Of a stretch of 64,000 nucleotides of DNA, positions 50,283 through 59,779 are shown piece by piece. Numbering within the stretch: the stretch's first letter is position 1; every line of letters starts with the position of its first letter. A program made the translations under genes and the position numbers. Location of the stretch: the NCBI RefSeq assembly GCF_964243315.1, contig NZ_CAXTEM010000008.1, forward strand, positions 13,701 through 77,700, read 5' to 3'. Origin of the DNA: an uncultured Sphingomonas sp. Its GTDB lineage: Bacteria > Pseudomonadota > Alphaproteobacteria > Sphingomonadales > Sphingomonadaceae. The notes under the pieces are model-generated. The model was not told where the DNA came from. It did no database searches and worked only from the letters and a program-made list of their open reading frames with translations.

Positions 50283-50794
50283 CCGAGACGATGTGGCAAG
50301 GCCGTTTCCTCAGCGTCCACAAGGACGGAACGTGGGAATATGCCGCGCGCGCCAACGGCATCGCCGCCGCGGTAATCGTCGCGGTCGACCGCGACGGCTG
50401 TCTGTTGCTGGTCGAACAGTACCGCGTGCCGGTCGGGCGCAACTGCCTGGAACTGCCCGCCGGGCTGGTCGGCGACGACAGCGCGGGCGAGAGCGTGACG
50501 ACGGCAGCGGCGCGCGAGCTGGAGGAGGAGACCGGCTACCGCGCGACCGCGATCGAGGACCATGGCGTGTTCTGCTCGTCCCCCGGCATGACCTCCGAAA
50601 CCTTCTCGCTGGTCGTCGCCCGCGGGCTCGACCGGGTCGGCGAGGGCGGCGGCGAGGAGGGGGAGAACATCACCGTCCACCGGGTGCCGCTCGCCGAGGT
50701 GGGCACGTTCGTCGCGCAGAAGCGCCGCGAGGGACTGGCGGTCGATGCGAAGATGCTGCTGGTGCTCGGCGCGGGAATCCTCGCCGGGCTGTAG
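50279..50794 (+). CDS. NUDIX hydrolase (ADP-ribose pyrophosphatase-like)
   Basis: Nudix box GLVGDDSAGESVTTAAARELEEETGY; SSPGMTSE. Confidence 0.92.
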   Translation: MTETMWQGRFLSVHKDGTWEYAARANGIAAAVIVAVDRDGCLLLVEQYRVPVGRNCLELPAGLVGDDSAGESVTTAAARELEEETGYRATAIEDHGVFCSSPGMTSETFSLVVARGLDRVGEGGGEEGENITVHRVPLAEVGTFVAQKRREGLAVDAKMLLVLGAGILAGL

Positions 50795-50801
50795 CCGCGT
50801 C

Positions 50802-51083
50802 CTACCGGAAATTGTCCGCATACGCCTGCAGCTTCAGCGACTTCACCGGGGTCGGCACCACCGTATAGTCGAATCCTTCGCGCGTGCAGTAGGCGATCGC
50901 CTCCGCCTCGCTGGCGAAGCCGAGGCGAAGCTGGTCGCGGGTGTCGCCGCTGCCTGCCCAGCCGGTCAGCGGATCGGCGTGCTTGGCTTCGGCGGGTTCG
51001 AATTCGAGTTGCCAGGCGGCAGTCCGGTGGTTGCCGGATTGCATCGCGTTCTTGGGGCGCTGGAAGATACGGGCGTGGGGCAT
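50802..51083 (-). CDS. ETC complex I subunit-like protein (NDUFS4-type)
   Basis: ARIFQRPKNAMQSG, DPLTGWAGSGDT, YADNF. Confidence 0.93.
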   Translation of the reverse strand: MPHARIFQRPKNAMQSGNHRTAAWQLEFEPAEAKHADPLTGWAGSGDTRDQLRLGFASEAEAIAYCTREGFDYTVVPTPVKSLKLQAYADNFR

Positions 51084-51092
51084 GCGCGTCCT

Positions 51093-53534
51093 CTATCCTT
51101 TCTGCTGCCGGCGTGCATCCGCATTTTTCGTCCGCAGCGTCGCGGTGGCCGCGGCGGGATCGTCGGGCCAGGGATGCCGGGGGTAGCGCCCGCGCATCTC
51201 GCGCGCGACCGCGGCCCAGCTGCCCGCCCAGAAGCCCGGCAGATCGCGCGTGGTCTGGATCGGCCGGCCCGCGGGCGAGGTCAGGCTGAGCACCAGCGGC
51301 ACCCGCGCCTCGCCGATTACGGGATGCTCGGCCAGCCCGAACAGCGATTGGGGCCGCAACTCGACCCTAGGACCACCCTCCGCGGCATAGTCGATCGCGT
51401 GCGTGCTGCCGGCGGGGCTCGTGAAGTCGGGCGGCGCGAGCCGATCAATCTGGCGCAGGCCTTCCCATCCGATCAGCGTTCGCACCGCGTCGGTCAGCAT
51501 AGCCGAAGGAATCGCGTCGAGCCGGCGGCGCCCGGCCAACAGGGCGGGCAGCCATTCGTCGAGCCGCTCGATCAGCGTCGCGTCATCGAGCGGCAGCCCG
51601 GCATAGGCTGCCCGTGCGCGCAGCGTCTCCGCCGAGGCACTCCACGGCAGCAGCGCGAGGCCGTGTTCGCGCACGCCATCGAGCAGCGCGCGCGCGATCG
51701 CATCGGGGTCGGCGCCCGAATCGGGTCCCGACGATAGCCGCAGAGCGCCGAGCCGGCGCTCGCGCAAGGTGACGACGCCGCCGGTCGCGGGATCGAAGGC
51801 GACGGTGCGGCGATGCTCGATCGTGTCCGCGAACAGCGCCTCGATCGTCGCGAGGTCGAGCGGCGCGGCGGCGAGGATGCGCGCGCCCGACGCCGCGCCC
51901 TGGGTATCCGCCACCGCCAGCCATTCGTGTCGCGCCAGCCCGGCGGCCTGATCGAGGCGGAAGCCGCGGCCACCCGCGGACGCCCACGCCTCACCCGACG
52001 CATCCCGGCGCCGCGACACCCGGTCGGGAAAGCCGAGCGCGATCGGGATGCCCGCGGCGAGATCGCCATGATCCTCACGCCGATCGTCGCCGCCGACGCT
52101 CGCCGCCCAGCGGGTCGCCAGCCCCCGCGCGGCTTGCGCCTTGCTGCCGCGTTCTCCGCGCCACCGGCGCAACCGCGCTTCGATGTCGGCATCGTTGCCC
52201 CCCAGCCCGCGCTCCGACAACAGCACCGCAACCTCAGCCGCAACACCGCCGAGCCCGAGCGACGCCGCGCGCAGCAGCATGTGCGCCAGCCTTGGCGGCA
52301 TCGGCAGCGCCGCGATCGCACGACCATGATCGGTCGGGCGCGCATCCGCGTCGATCGCGCCGATCCCCTCCAGCCGCTGCCGTGCCTCGGCGATTGCGGC
52401 GGCGGGCGGCGGATCGATCCAGCGCAGGTCGCGCAGGTCGCCGACCCCCCAGATCGCGCCGGCCAGCACCAACCCCGACAGATCGGCTTCGAGGATCTCG
52501 GGCGGATCGAACCGCGGCAACCCCGCGGTCGCCGCCTCCTCCCATAGCCGGTAGGCCACCCCCGGCCCCGGCCCCTGCCGCGCCGCACGGCCGGCACGCT
52601 GCACCACCGCCGCCTGGCTGGCGCGTTCGGTCACCAGCCGGGTCATGCCCGCCTGGCGATCGTAGCGCGGCCGGCGCGCGAGCCCCGAGTCGACGACGAC
52701 GCGGACCCCGGGGATCGTCAGACTGGTTTCCGCGATCGAAGTGGCGAGGACGAGCTTGCGGCGGCCGCCGGGCTCGACCTGGATCGCGGCGCGCTGCAGC
52801 GGCGGATCGATGCTGCCGTGGAGCAGGTGGAGCGCAATGTCGTCGGGCAGGCCCGCGAGCCGATCCGCGACCCGCTCGATCTCCGCAACACCGGGCAGGA
52901 ACACCAGCACGCCACCCACCTCGTCGCGGAGCGCGCGGCGCACCGCGCTGGCGACCTCGTCCTCGATCCGCGCCTCTGCGCGGCGGCCGATATGATGCAG
53001 CGTCAACGGGTACGCGCGACCTTCGCTCTCGATCACCGGCGCGTCGTGCATCACCGCGGCGAACCGCGCGCCGTCGAGCGTCGCGGACATCGCGATCAGC
53101 CGCAGATCGGGCCGGAACCCCGCCTGCGCATCGAGCGCGAGCGCGAGCCCGAAATCGCCGTCGAGGCTGCGTTCGTGCACCTCGTCTAACAGCACCGCGG
53201 ATACCCCGCCGAGTTCGGGATCGGCTTGGATCCGGGCAACGAAGATGCCCTCGGTGATCACGGTAACGCGGGTCTCCGCGGATCGCCGCGTGTCCATCCG
53301 AGTGGCATAGCCGAAGGTCCGCCCGACCGGCTCGCCCGCATTCGCCGCCATCCGTTCCGCCGCGGCCCGCGCGGCGAGGCGGCGCGGCGACAGGATCAGG
53401 ATCTCCCCGGTGCACCAGGGTTCGTCGAGCAGCGCCGGCCCGACCGCGGTGGTCTTGCCCGCGCCCGGCGGCGCGACCAGCACCGCATTGGGCGAGTCGC
53501 GCAGGTGCGCGAGCAGCGCCGGCAGGACCGCCAT
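51093..53534 (-). CDS. hrpB: ATP-dependent helicase HrpB (start approximate)
   Basis: APPGAGKTT, DEVHERS, MSATLD, LATSIAETSLTI, QRAGRAAR, SPAGRPIQTTRDLPGFW. Confidence 0.96.
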   Translation of the reverse strand: MAVLPALLAHLRDSPNAVLVAPPGAGKTTAVGPALLDEPWCTGEILILSPRRLAARAAAERMAANAGEPVGRTFGYATRMDTRRSAETRVTVITEGIFVARIQADPELGGVSAVLLDEVHERSLDGDFGLALALDAQAGFRPDLRLIAMSATLDGARFAAVMHDAPVIESEGRAYPLTLHHIGRRAEARIEDEVASAVRRALRDEVGGVLVFLPGVAEIERVADRLAGLPDDIALHLLHGSIDPPLQRAAIQVEPGGRRKLVLATSIAETSLTIPGVRVVVDSGLARRPRYDRQAGMTRLVTERASQAAVVQRAGRAARQGPGPGVAYRLWEEAATAGLPRFDPPEILEADLSGLVLAGAIWGVGDLRDLRWIDPPPAAAIAEARQRLEGIGAIDADARPTDHGRAIAALPMPPRLAHMLLRAASLGLGGVAAEVAVLLSERGLGGNDADIEARLRRWRGERGSKAQAARGLATRWAASVGGDDRREDHGDLAAGIPIALGFPDRVSRRRDASGEAWASAGGRGFRLDQAAGLARHEWLAVADTQGAASGARILAAAPLDLATIEALFADTIEHRRTVAFDPATGGVVTLRERRLGALRLSSGPDSGADPDAIARALLDGVREHGLALLPWSASAETLRARAAYAGLPLDDATLIERLDEWLPALLAGRRRLDAIPSAMLTDAVRTLIGWEGLRQIDRLAPPDFTSPAGSTHAIDYAAEGGPRVELRPQSLFGLAEHPVIGEARVPLVLSLTSPAGRPIQTTRDLPGFWAGSWAAVAREMRGRYPRHPWPDDPAAATATLRTKNADARRQQKG

Positions 53535-53725
53535 GACCGGCAGCGCGGACGGCGAATGTTGACAAAGTTGAGGGTCACTGATGACGCGATCCGGGTGTCC
53601 GGGGGCGGACAGCGCGGTAATGTCGTCGGGACCGGGTGCTGACGCGGGCATGCCGGGGCTATCGCACGATCGGGGCCGTGTAGGACAGGGGCGCGACCTC
53701 TACTGCTCGCCACCTCGCCGCTGCT

Positions 53726-53809
53726 TGTGCTCCCGCGAAGGCGGGACTCTGCGAAAGTTTCGGGGTTCGCCAACACGTTCGTCACCCCGGATCGAGTCCG
53801 GGGTGACGG
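53726..53809. repeat. Half family D-like hairpin plus collapsed family C singlet
   Basis: tgctcccgcgaaggcggga, then cgtcaccccggatcgagtccggggtgacg (53780-53808). Confidence 0.7.
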
Positions 53810-53869
53810 AGGCTGAGGGGGTGGATGTCGCCCGGTCCTCGGCTATGCTTGGCGTCCACGGAGACCGAC

Positions 53870-54826
53870 TTGGCCGATCATCACAACCATTCGCATGACG
53901 GCGATCATGATCATGCCGGCCATGGCCACGGTGGGCACGCACATGGCGGGCACGGGCATCATCATGCGCCCGCCAATTTCGACCGCGCCTTCGCGATCGG
54001 GATCGGGCTCAACATCGCCTATGTCGCGGCTGAGGCGGGGGCCGGGCTGTGGACCGGATCGGTCGCACTGCTCGCGGATGCGGGGCATAATCTGTCGGAC
54101 GTGCTGGGGCTCGCGGTCGCGTGGGGCGGCGCGGCGCTCGCGCGGACGCCACCGTCGAAACGCTTCACCTATGGGCTGAAGGGATCGACGATCCTCGCCG
54201 CGCTGACCAATGCGCTGCTGCTGCTGGTCGCGCTCGGCGCGATCGTGCTGGAGGCGGGCAAGCGGTTCGCGGAACCGCCGCCGGTCGCGGGGCTGACCGT
54301 GGCGACGGTCGCGGCGATCGGCATCCTGATCAACGGCGCCACCGCGATGCTGTTCGCGCGCGGACGCCACGGCGACATCAACATTCGTGGCGCGTACCTG
54401 CACATGGCGTCCGACGCTGCAGTGTCGGCGGGGGTGGTGATCGCGGGTATCCTGATCTGGTGGACCGGGTTCGGCTGGATCGATCCGCTCGTCAGTCTCG
54501 CGATCGCGGGGATCGTGTTCATGCAGACCTGGTCGCTGTTGCGCGAGACCGTCGAGATGTCGCTGGCCGCAGTGCCGCGCGGGATCGATTTCGATGCGGT
54601 GACCATGGCGCTGCGAACGCTGCCTGGGGTCGAGCGCTGCCACGACCTGCATATCTGGCCGATGTCGACCACCGAGCCCGTTCTGACCGCGCATCTGGTG
54701 ATCCCGGCGGGGCATCCGGGCGATGCATTCCTGGCGGAGGCGCGGGAAATGCTGCACCGCCGCTTCGGGATCGGGCATGCGACCTTGCAGGTGGAGACGG
54801 GGGCGGCTTGCGACGGGTGTGAGTAG
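53870..54826 (+). CDS. Cation diffusion facilitator (ZitB/CzcD-like) with His-rich N-terminus
   Basis: TTG start after GGAG; ALLADAGHNLSD, GAYLHMASD, HDLHIW, HATLQVE. Confidence 0.93.
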   Translation: MADHHNHSHDGDHDHAGHGHGGHAHGGHGHHHAPANFDRAFAIGIGLNIAYVAAEAGAGLWTGSVALLADAGHNLSDVLGLAVAWGGAALARTPPSKRFTYGLKGSTILAALTNALLLLVALGAIVLEAGKRFAEPPPVAGLTVATVAAIGILINGATAMLFARGRHGDINIRGAYLHMASDAAVSAGVVIAGILIWWTGFGWIDPLVSLAIAGIVFMQTWSLLRETVEMSLAAVPRGIDFDAVTMALRTLPGVERCHDLHIWPMSTTEPVLTAHLVIPAGHPGDAFLAEAREMLHRRFGIGHATLQVETGAACDGCE

Positions 54827-54862
54827 CTGGCCTAATATCGTGGCGATCGCGCACACCTTCTT

Positions 54863-54960
54863 CCGTCATTCCCGCGTGGGCGGGAATCCAGACTGGCGAA
54901 CATTACGGATTGAAGTGAGAGGCTAGCCAGTATGGATCCCCGCCTGCGCGGGGATGACGG
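54863..54960. repeat. CGTC-tagged REP doublet, family D
   Basis: ccgtcattcccgcgtgggcgggaatcc...ggatccccgcctgcgcggggatgacgg. Confidence 0.88.
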
Positions 54961-54990
54961 TCTTAAGAAGTGGCTGCCCTACGTCGCGCC

Positions 54991-56010
54991 TCAATAAGCC
55001 CGCGCCACCGCGAATTCGACGGCTTCGACCATCGCGTCCTTGGCGGTGCTGTTCGCGAAGCCGCCGATCGCGTCGATCGCGCGCTGGCCGTAGTGGCGGG
55101 CGCGGGCGAGGGTGTCGTCGACGGCGCGGCTGCGGCGGACCAGATCGATGGCGTGCGCGAAGTCGTCGTCCGTGTCGCGCCGGCCCTCGATCGCGTCCTT
55201 CCAGAACTTGCGATCGTCGGCGTCGCCACGCGCATAGGCGAGGATCACCGGCAGGGTCATCTTGCCCTCGCGGAAATCGTCGCCCGCGTCCTTGCCCATC
55301 GTCCCCGCGTCCGAGACATAGTCGATCGCGTCGTCGACCAGCTGGAACGCGATGCCGAGGTTGCGGCCATAGGCGTCGAGCGCCGCCTCCTCGCCCTCGG
55401 GTCGTTCCGCGACCACCGCGGCGATCCGGCACGCGGCGGCGAACAACGCGGCGGTCTTGGCGTTGATGATGTCGAGATAGCGATCCTCGCCGAGATCGAT
55501 GCGGCGCGCGGCGGTGAGCTGGTTGACCTCGCCTTCCGCGATCACCGCGCTGGCGTTGGACAGGATCTTCAGCACCTTCAGGCTGCCGTCCTCGACCATC
55601 AGTTCGAAGCTGCGGCTGAACAGGAAGTCGCCGACCAGGACGCTGGCGGGGTTGCCCCAGATGATGTTGGCGGTGCGCTTGCCGCGGCGCAGGTCCGATC
55701 CGTCGACGACATCGTCGTGGAGCAGCGTCGCGGTATGGATGAATTCGACCGCGGCGGCGAGGCGGTGATGGCGGGCGCCGGTATAGCCGATCAGCCGCGC
55801 GCTCGCGAGCGTCAGCATCGGCCGCATTCGCTTGCCGCCGCCCGCGATCAGGTGACCCGCGAGTTCGGGGATAAGCGGGATCTGCGACTGCATGCGATCG
55901 AGGATCACCGCGTTGACGCTGTTGAGATCGCCCGCGACGAGTTGGAGCATCGGCTCCAGCGAAGGCTCGCGCCCCGAAGCGCTGTCGAAACGGTGGATCG
56001 TGGCGCTCAT
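54991..56010 (-). CDS. ispB: Polyprenyl diphosphate synthase (IspB-type)
   Basis: GGKRMRP, LLHDDVVD, FQLVDDAID, DDFREGKMTLP. Confidence 0.92.
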   Translation of the reverse strand: MSATIHRFDSASGREPSLEPMLQLVAGDLNSVNAVILDRMQSQIPLIPELAGHLIAGGGKRMRPMLTLASARLIGYTGARHHRLAAAVEFIHTATLLHDDVVDGSDLRRGKRTANIIWGNPASVLVGDFLFSRSFELMVEDGSLKVLKILSNASAVIAEGEVNQLTAARRIDLGEDRYLDIINAKTAALFAAACRIAAVVAERPEGEEAALDAYGRNLGIAFQLVDDAIDYVSDAGTMGKDAGDDFREGKMTLPVILAYARGDADDRKFWKDAIEGRRDTDDDFAHAIDLVRRSRAVDDTLARARHYGQRAIDAIGGFANSTAKDAMVEAVEFAVARAY

Positions 56011-56116
56011 CGCGCCGCCGCTGTGACGCCTGGGGCCGGCAAAGGCAAGCCTTGCCCGCGCCCGGCAATGCCGCCTAGGGAGAATTGCTTGGCTGCGGCC
56101 GCGGGGGTGTACGCTG

Positions 56117-56395
56117 ATGGTCGACGACGTGTTGCAGGGTTATCGCAAGAGCATCGACAATATCGATGCCGCGCTGGTCCATCTGCTCGCCGAACGGTTC
56201 AAGGTGACCCAGGCGGTGGGGCGCTACAAGGCGACCTCGGGCCTGCCGCCCGCCGATCCGGGGCGCGAGGAGCGCCAGATCCAGCGGCTGCGCAATCTGG
56301 CCGCGGAAGCCGAGCTGGACCCCGAATTCAGCGAGAAGTTCCTGCGCTTCATCATCGACGAGGTGATCCGCCACCATCAGCAGCTGCGCGGCTGA
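56117..56395 (+). CDS. Chorismate mutase (AroQ, standalone)
   Basis: YRKSIDNIDAALVHLLAERFK, DPGRE, EVIRHH. Confidence 0.92.
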   Translation: MVDDVLQGYRKSIDNIDAALVHLLAERFKVTQAVGRYKATSGLPPADPGREERQIQRLRNLAAEAELDPEFSEKFLRFIIDEVIRHHQQLRG

Positions 56396-56396
56396 C

Positions 56397-57056
56397 ATGG
56401 CGGTGCTGGTCGCGATCGAGGGCGCGGACGGCGCGGGCAAGGCGACTGCGGCGGCGGCGGTGGTCGACGCATTGCGCGGGGCGGGGCGGACTGCGGAGGT
56501 GATCTCGTTTCCGCGCTATACCGATACCGTCGGCGGGCATGTGCTGGGCGACTTTCTAGCGGGGCGGCTGCCGCACGCGATGTCGCCGCGGGCGCTCGCG
56601 ACCTTGTACGCGCTCGATCGATTCGAGTCGCGGGATCTGGTGTTGGCGACGGCGGCGCGGTGCGACGTGGTGGTGTTCGACCGCTACATCGCGTCGAACA
56701 TGGCGTACCAGGCGGCGAAGGTGTCGGCCGAGGAAGCGCCGAACCTGATGCGCTGGATCGTCGCGCTGGAGACCGGGCAGTTCGCGATGCCGGCGCCGGA
56801 CCTGTCGATCTATCTGGACACGCCGCTCGACGTTGCGCGGGCGCAGATCGCGCGGAAGCGCCAGCGGTCATACACCGACCAGACCTATGACGCGCATGAG
56901 GCGGACGATGCGCTCCAGCGCGGGGTGCGGGCGGCTTATGCCGCGCTCGTCGACGGCGATCTGCTGGGGCGGTGGCAGCGCGTGGTTACGGGCCGCGGGG
57001 GTGCGATGCGCCCGCCGGCGGAGATTGCCGCGGAGATCGTGGCGGCGATCACCTAA
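56397..57056 (+). CDS. tmk: Thymidylate kinase, mycobacterial-like
   Basis: AIEGADGAGK, SFPRY, LYALDR, FDRYIASN. Confidence 0.85.
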   Translation: MAVLVAIEGADGAGKATAAAAVVDALRGAGRTAEVISFPRYTDTVGGHVLGDFLAGRLPHAMSPRALATLYALDRFESRDLVLATAARCDVVVFDRYIASNMAYQAAKVSAEEAPNLMRWIVALETGQFAMPAPDLSIYLDTPLDVARAQIARKRQRSYTDQTYDAHEADDALQRGVRAAYAALVDGDLLGRWQRVVTGRGGAMRPPAEIAAEIVAAIT

Positions 57057-57060
57057 TCTT

Positions 57061-57138
57061 CCGTTCGTTTCGAGCGAAGTCGAGAAACTCGTGCCGAGCG
57101 CGCGGAACCGGTTTCTCGACTTCGCTCGAAACGAACGG
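57061..57138. repeat. Palindromic element, family F (perfect 28-bp inverted repeat)
   Basis: ccgttcgtttcgagcgaagtcgagaaac-N22-gtttctcgacttcgctcgaaacgaacgg. Confidence 0.92.
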
Positions 57139-57160
57139 GAGGAGGGGGTGGCGTTCGTTT

Positions 57161-58870
57161 CTACCGCCGCCGGCCGGCCTGCGCGTTCGACGGACGATGC
57201 GGGCGCGGGCCGCCGGGGCCGCCCGGGCGCGGGCCGCCACGCGGTGCGCCGCGCGGGGTCGCGGGGGGGCCGTTGCCGGCGATCGGCTCGATCGCGACGC
57301 CGTCGTCCTCGTCCGCCGATCGCACGAAGGCGGACATGAAGCGGCTGGCGGTGCCGCGCGGGATCTCGAACTGGGTCTCGTTCGGGCCGATGCGGATCGC
57401 GCCGACCTCGTTCTTGGTGATGTGACCGCGGCGGCAGATCAGCGGCAGGATCCAGCGCGGGTCGGCGTTCTGGCTGCGGCCGATGTTGAGGCGGAACCAC
57501 ACGGTGTCCTCGAACCCGCGGCGCGGACCTTCGGTACGGGTCTCCGCGGCCGCGTGCGGCGTATCGCGGTCGATCATCTCCTCGGGCTCGGGCAGCGCGC
57601 CGCGCGCCTGGTGGACCAGCGCGATCGCGAGTTCCTCGGGCGTCTTTTCGGCGAGCAGGCGCTGTGCCAGCGCGCGATCGGCGTCGTCCGCCTCGATCGG
57701 CGCGAGCAGGGTCTCGAGCAGGCGCTCGCTGTCCTGTGCGCGGATGTCGTCGGCGCTCGGCACCGGCACCCATTCGAACGCGATCCGCGCGCCGCGCAGC
57801 ATGCCTTCGACACGGCGGCGGCGCGGATAGGGCACGATCAGGATCGCGGTGCCCTTCTTGCCCGCGCGACCGGTGCGGCCCGAACGATGCTGGAGCGTCT
57901 CGGCATCACGCGGGAGCTCGACATGGACGACGAGGCTGAGCGTCGGCAGGTCGATCCCGCGCGCCGCGACATCGGTCGCGACGCAGACGCGGGCGCGGCG
58001 GTCGCGCAGGGCTTGCAGCGCCTGATTGCGCTCGGTCTGCGAATGCTCGCCCGACAACGCCACAGCGCCGAACCCGCGCTCGACCAGTGAGGCGTGGAGG
58101 TGGCGGACATTGTCGCGGGTTGCGCAGAACAGCATCGCGGTCTCCGCCTCGTGGAAGCGGAGCAGGTTGATCACCGCATTCTCGATATCCGAGGGGGACA
58201 CCGCGATCGCCTGATAGGTGATGTCGCCATGGCCGCGGTCTTCGCCGACGGTCGAGATGCGGAGCGCGTCGCGCTGGTATGCCTTGGCTAGGGCCGCGAT
58301 CGGGCGCGGGATGGTCGCCGAGAACAAGAGGGTCCGGCGTTCCTTCGGCGTGGCGTCGAGCAATGCCTCGAGTTCGTCGCGGAAGCCCATGTCGAGCATC
58401 TCGTCGGCCTCGTCGAGCACCGCGACCCGCGTGGCCGACAGATCGAGCGCGCCGCGTTCGAGGTGGTCGCGCAACCGGCCCGGCGTGCCGACGACGATGT
58501 GCGTGCCGTGGCCTAGCGAGCGGCGTTCCTTCGATGCGTCCATGCCGCCGACGCAGGTGCTGATCCGCGCGCCAGCCTTGCCGAACAGCCACATCAGCTC
58601 GCGACTGACCTGGAGTGCGAGTTCGCGGGTCGGCGCGACGATCAACGCCAGCGGCAGGCCGGGCGGCGGCATCGCGCCTTCGCTCATCAGCTCGTCGGCC
58701 ATGGCGAGGCCGAAAGCGACGGTCTTGCCCGATCCGGTCTGCGCGGACACCAGCAGGTCGCGACCGCGCGCGCCCTCCTCGATGACCGAGGCCTGGACGG
58801 GCGTCATGGTGGTGTAGCCGCGCGCGGAAAGCGCTTCGGCGAGAAGCGGGGGCAGAGTCGAGAATGGCAT
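57161..58870 (-). CDS. DEAD-box RNA helicase with DbpA-type RNA-binding domain (DeaD-like)
   Basis: AQTGSGKT, PTRELA, DEAD, HRSGRTGRAG; WFRLNIGR...LICRRGHITKNEVGAI. Confidence 0.92.
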   Translation of the reverse strand: MPFSTLPPLLAEALSARGYTTMTPVQASVIEEGARGRDLLVSAQTGSGKTVAFGLAMADELMSEGAMPPPGLPLALIVAPTRELALQVSRELMWLFGKAGARISTCVGGMDASKERRSLGHGTHIVVGTPGRLRDHLERGALDLSATRVAVLDEADEMLDMGFRDELEALLDATPKERRTLLFSATIPRPIAALAKAYQRDALRISTVGEDRGHGDITYQAIAVSPSDIENAVINLLRFHEAETAMLFCATRDNVRHLHASLVERGFGAVALSGEHSQTERNQALQALRDRRARVCVATDVAARGIDLPTLSLVVHVELPRDAETLQHRSGRTGRAGKKGTAILIVPYPRRRRVEGMLRGARIAFEWVPVPSADDIRAQDSERLLETLLAPIEADDADRALAQRLLAEKTPEELAIALVHQARGALPEPEEMIDRDTPHAAAETRTEGPRRGFEDTVWFRLNIGRSQNADPRWILPLICRRGHITKNEVGAIRIGPNETQFEIPRGTASRFMSAFVRSADEDDGVAIEPIAGNGPPATPRGAPRGGPRPGGPGGPRPHRPSNAQAGRRR

Positions 58871-58930
58871 GATCGGCCCAGATGGGCGCTTCGATGCCGA
58901 ACGGCAAGGTGATTCCGGCTTCGCGGTCGT

Positions 58931-59779
58931 TCAGCCTGCCCCGCCCCCTGCCCCGGCGCGGGCCAGGATCGCACGCGCCTGCTTCAGGTGAGGCGCGTCG
59001 ATCATGCGGCCGTCGAGCTGGAAAGCGCCGCGATCGGGCTGCGCTGCGAAGGCGTCGACGATCTTTCGTGCGGCGTCGATCGCCGTTGCATCGGGCGTGA
59101 AGGCGGCGTTGATCGTCGCGATCTGGCGGGGGTGGATCGCCATCATGCCGGTGAACCCGTCACGAGCGCCGCGGCCGGCATAGGCGGCGAGGCCGTCGAG
59201 ATCGTCGAGCGCGGGATAGACCGTCTCGATCGCCGCGACGCCCGCGGCATGCGCGGCGAAGAGCGCGAGCGATCGCACCATCTGGTAGGGCGCGGTGTAG
59301 CTGCCGTCCGCCTCGCGACTGGTCGCCGCACCGATCGCGGCGGGCAGGTCCTCCGCGCCCCAGGTCAGCCCGCAGAGATCGCCCGCGACCTGGCCATAGT
59401 CGCCGAGCGTGAAGATCGCCGCGGGCGTTTCGGTCGCGATCGGCAGGATCGGCGGGCATGCCGCGCCCCAGGCTTCCTGCACCGCGGTGATTGCAATGAT
59501 GCTTTCGGCTTTCGGCAGCATCAGTGCGTCGGCGCCGCGTGCGGCAGCGACATCGTCGGCGAGCATCCCGGCATCAATCGGGTTGATCCGCACCAGCCGC
59601 AGCACGCCGGGTTCGGAAGTCGCCAGCGCGGCCGCCACCGCCTCGCGCGCGAGCGGTTTGCGTGCCGCCGACACCGAATCCTCCAGGTCGAGGATGATCG
59701 CGTCGGCCCCGCTCGCTGCAGCCTTGGCGAAGCGTTCGGGGCGGTCGGCGGGGACGAACAGGAGCGAGCGGAGCCTCAT
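58931..59779 (-). CDS. CitE/HpcH-family CoA-ester lyase
   Basis: RSLLFVPADR, ILDLEDSV, LTWGAEDL, IHPRQ, LDGRMIDAPH. Confidence 0.92.
   Translation of the reverse strand: MRLRSLLFVPADRPERFAKAAASGADAIILDLEDSVSAARKPLAREAVAAALATSEPGVLRLVRINPIDAGMLADDVAAARGADALMLPKAESIIAITAVQEAWGAACPPILPIATETPAAIFTLGDYGQVAGDLCGLTWGAEDLPAAIGAATSREADGSYTAPYQMVRSLALFAAHAAGVAAIETVYPALDDLDGLAAYAGRGARDGFTGMMAIHPRQIATINAAFTPDATAIDAARKIVDAFAAQPDRGAFQLDGRMIDAPHLKQARAILARAGAGGGAG

Noticed and set aside
48122-50794. lemA-TPM-TPM-NUDIX cluster as a new system
   Set aside because: LemA with TPM-domain genes is a widespread known arrangement with nothing unusual here.
53870-53970. His-rich repeat at the start of the CDF transporter
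   Set aside because: A common metal-binding feature of CDF proteins.
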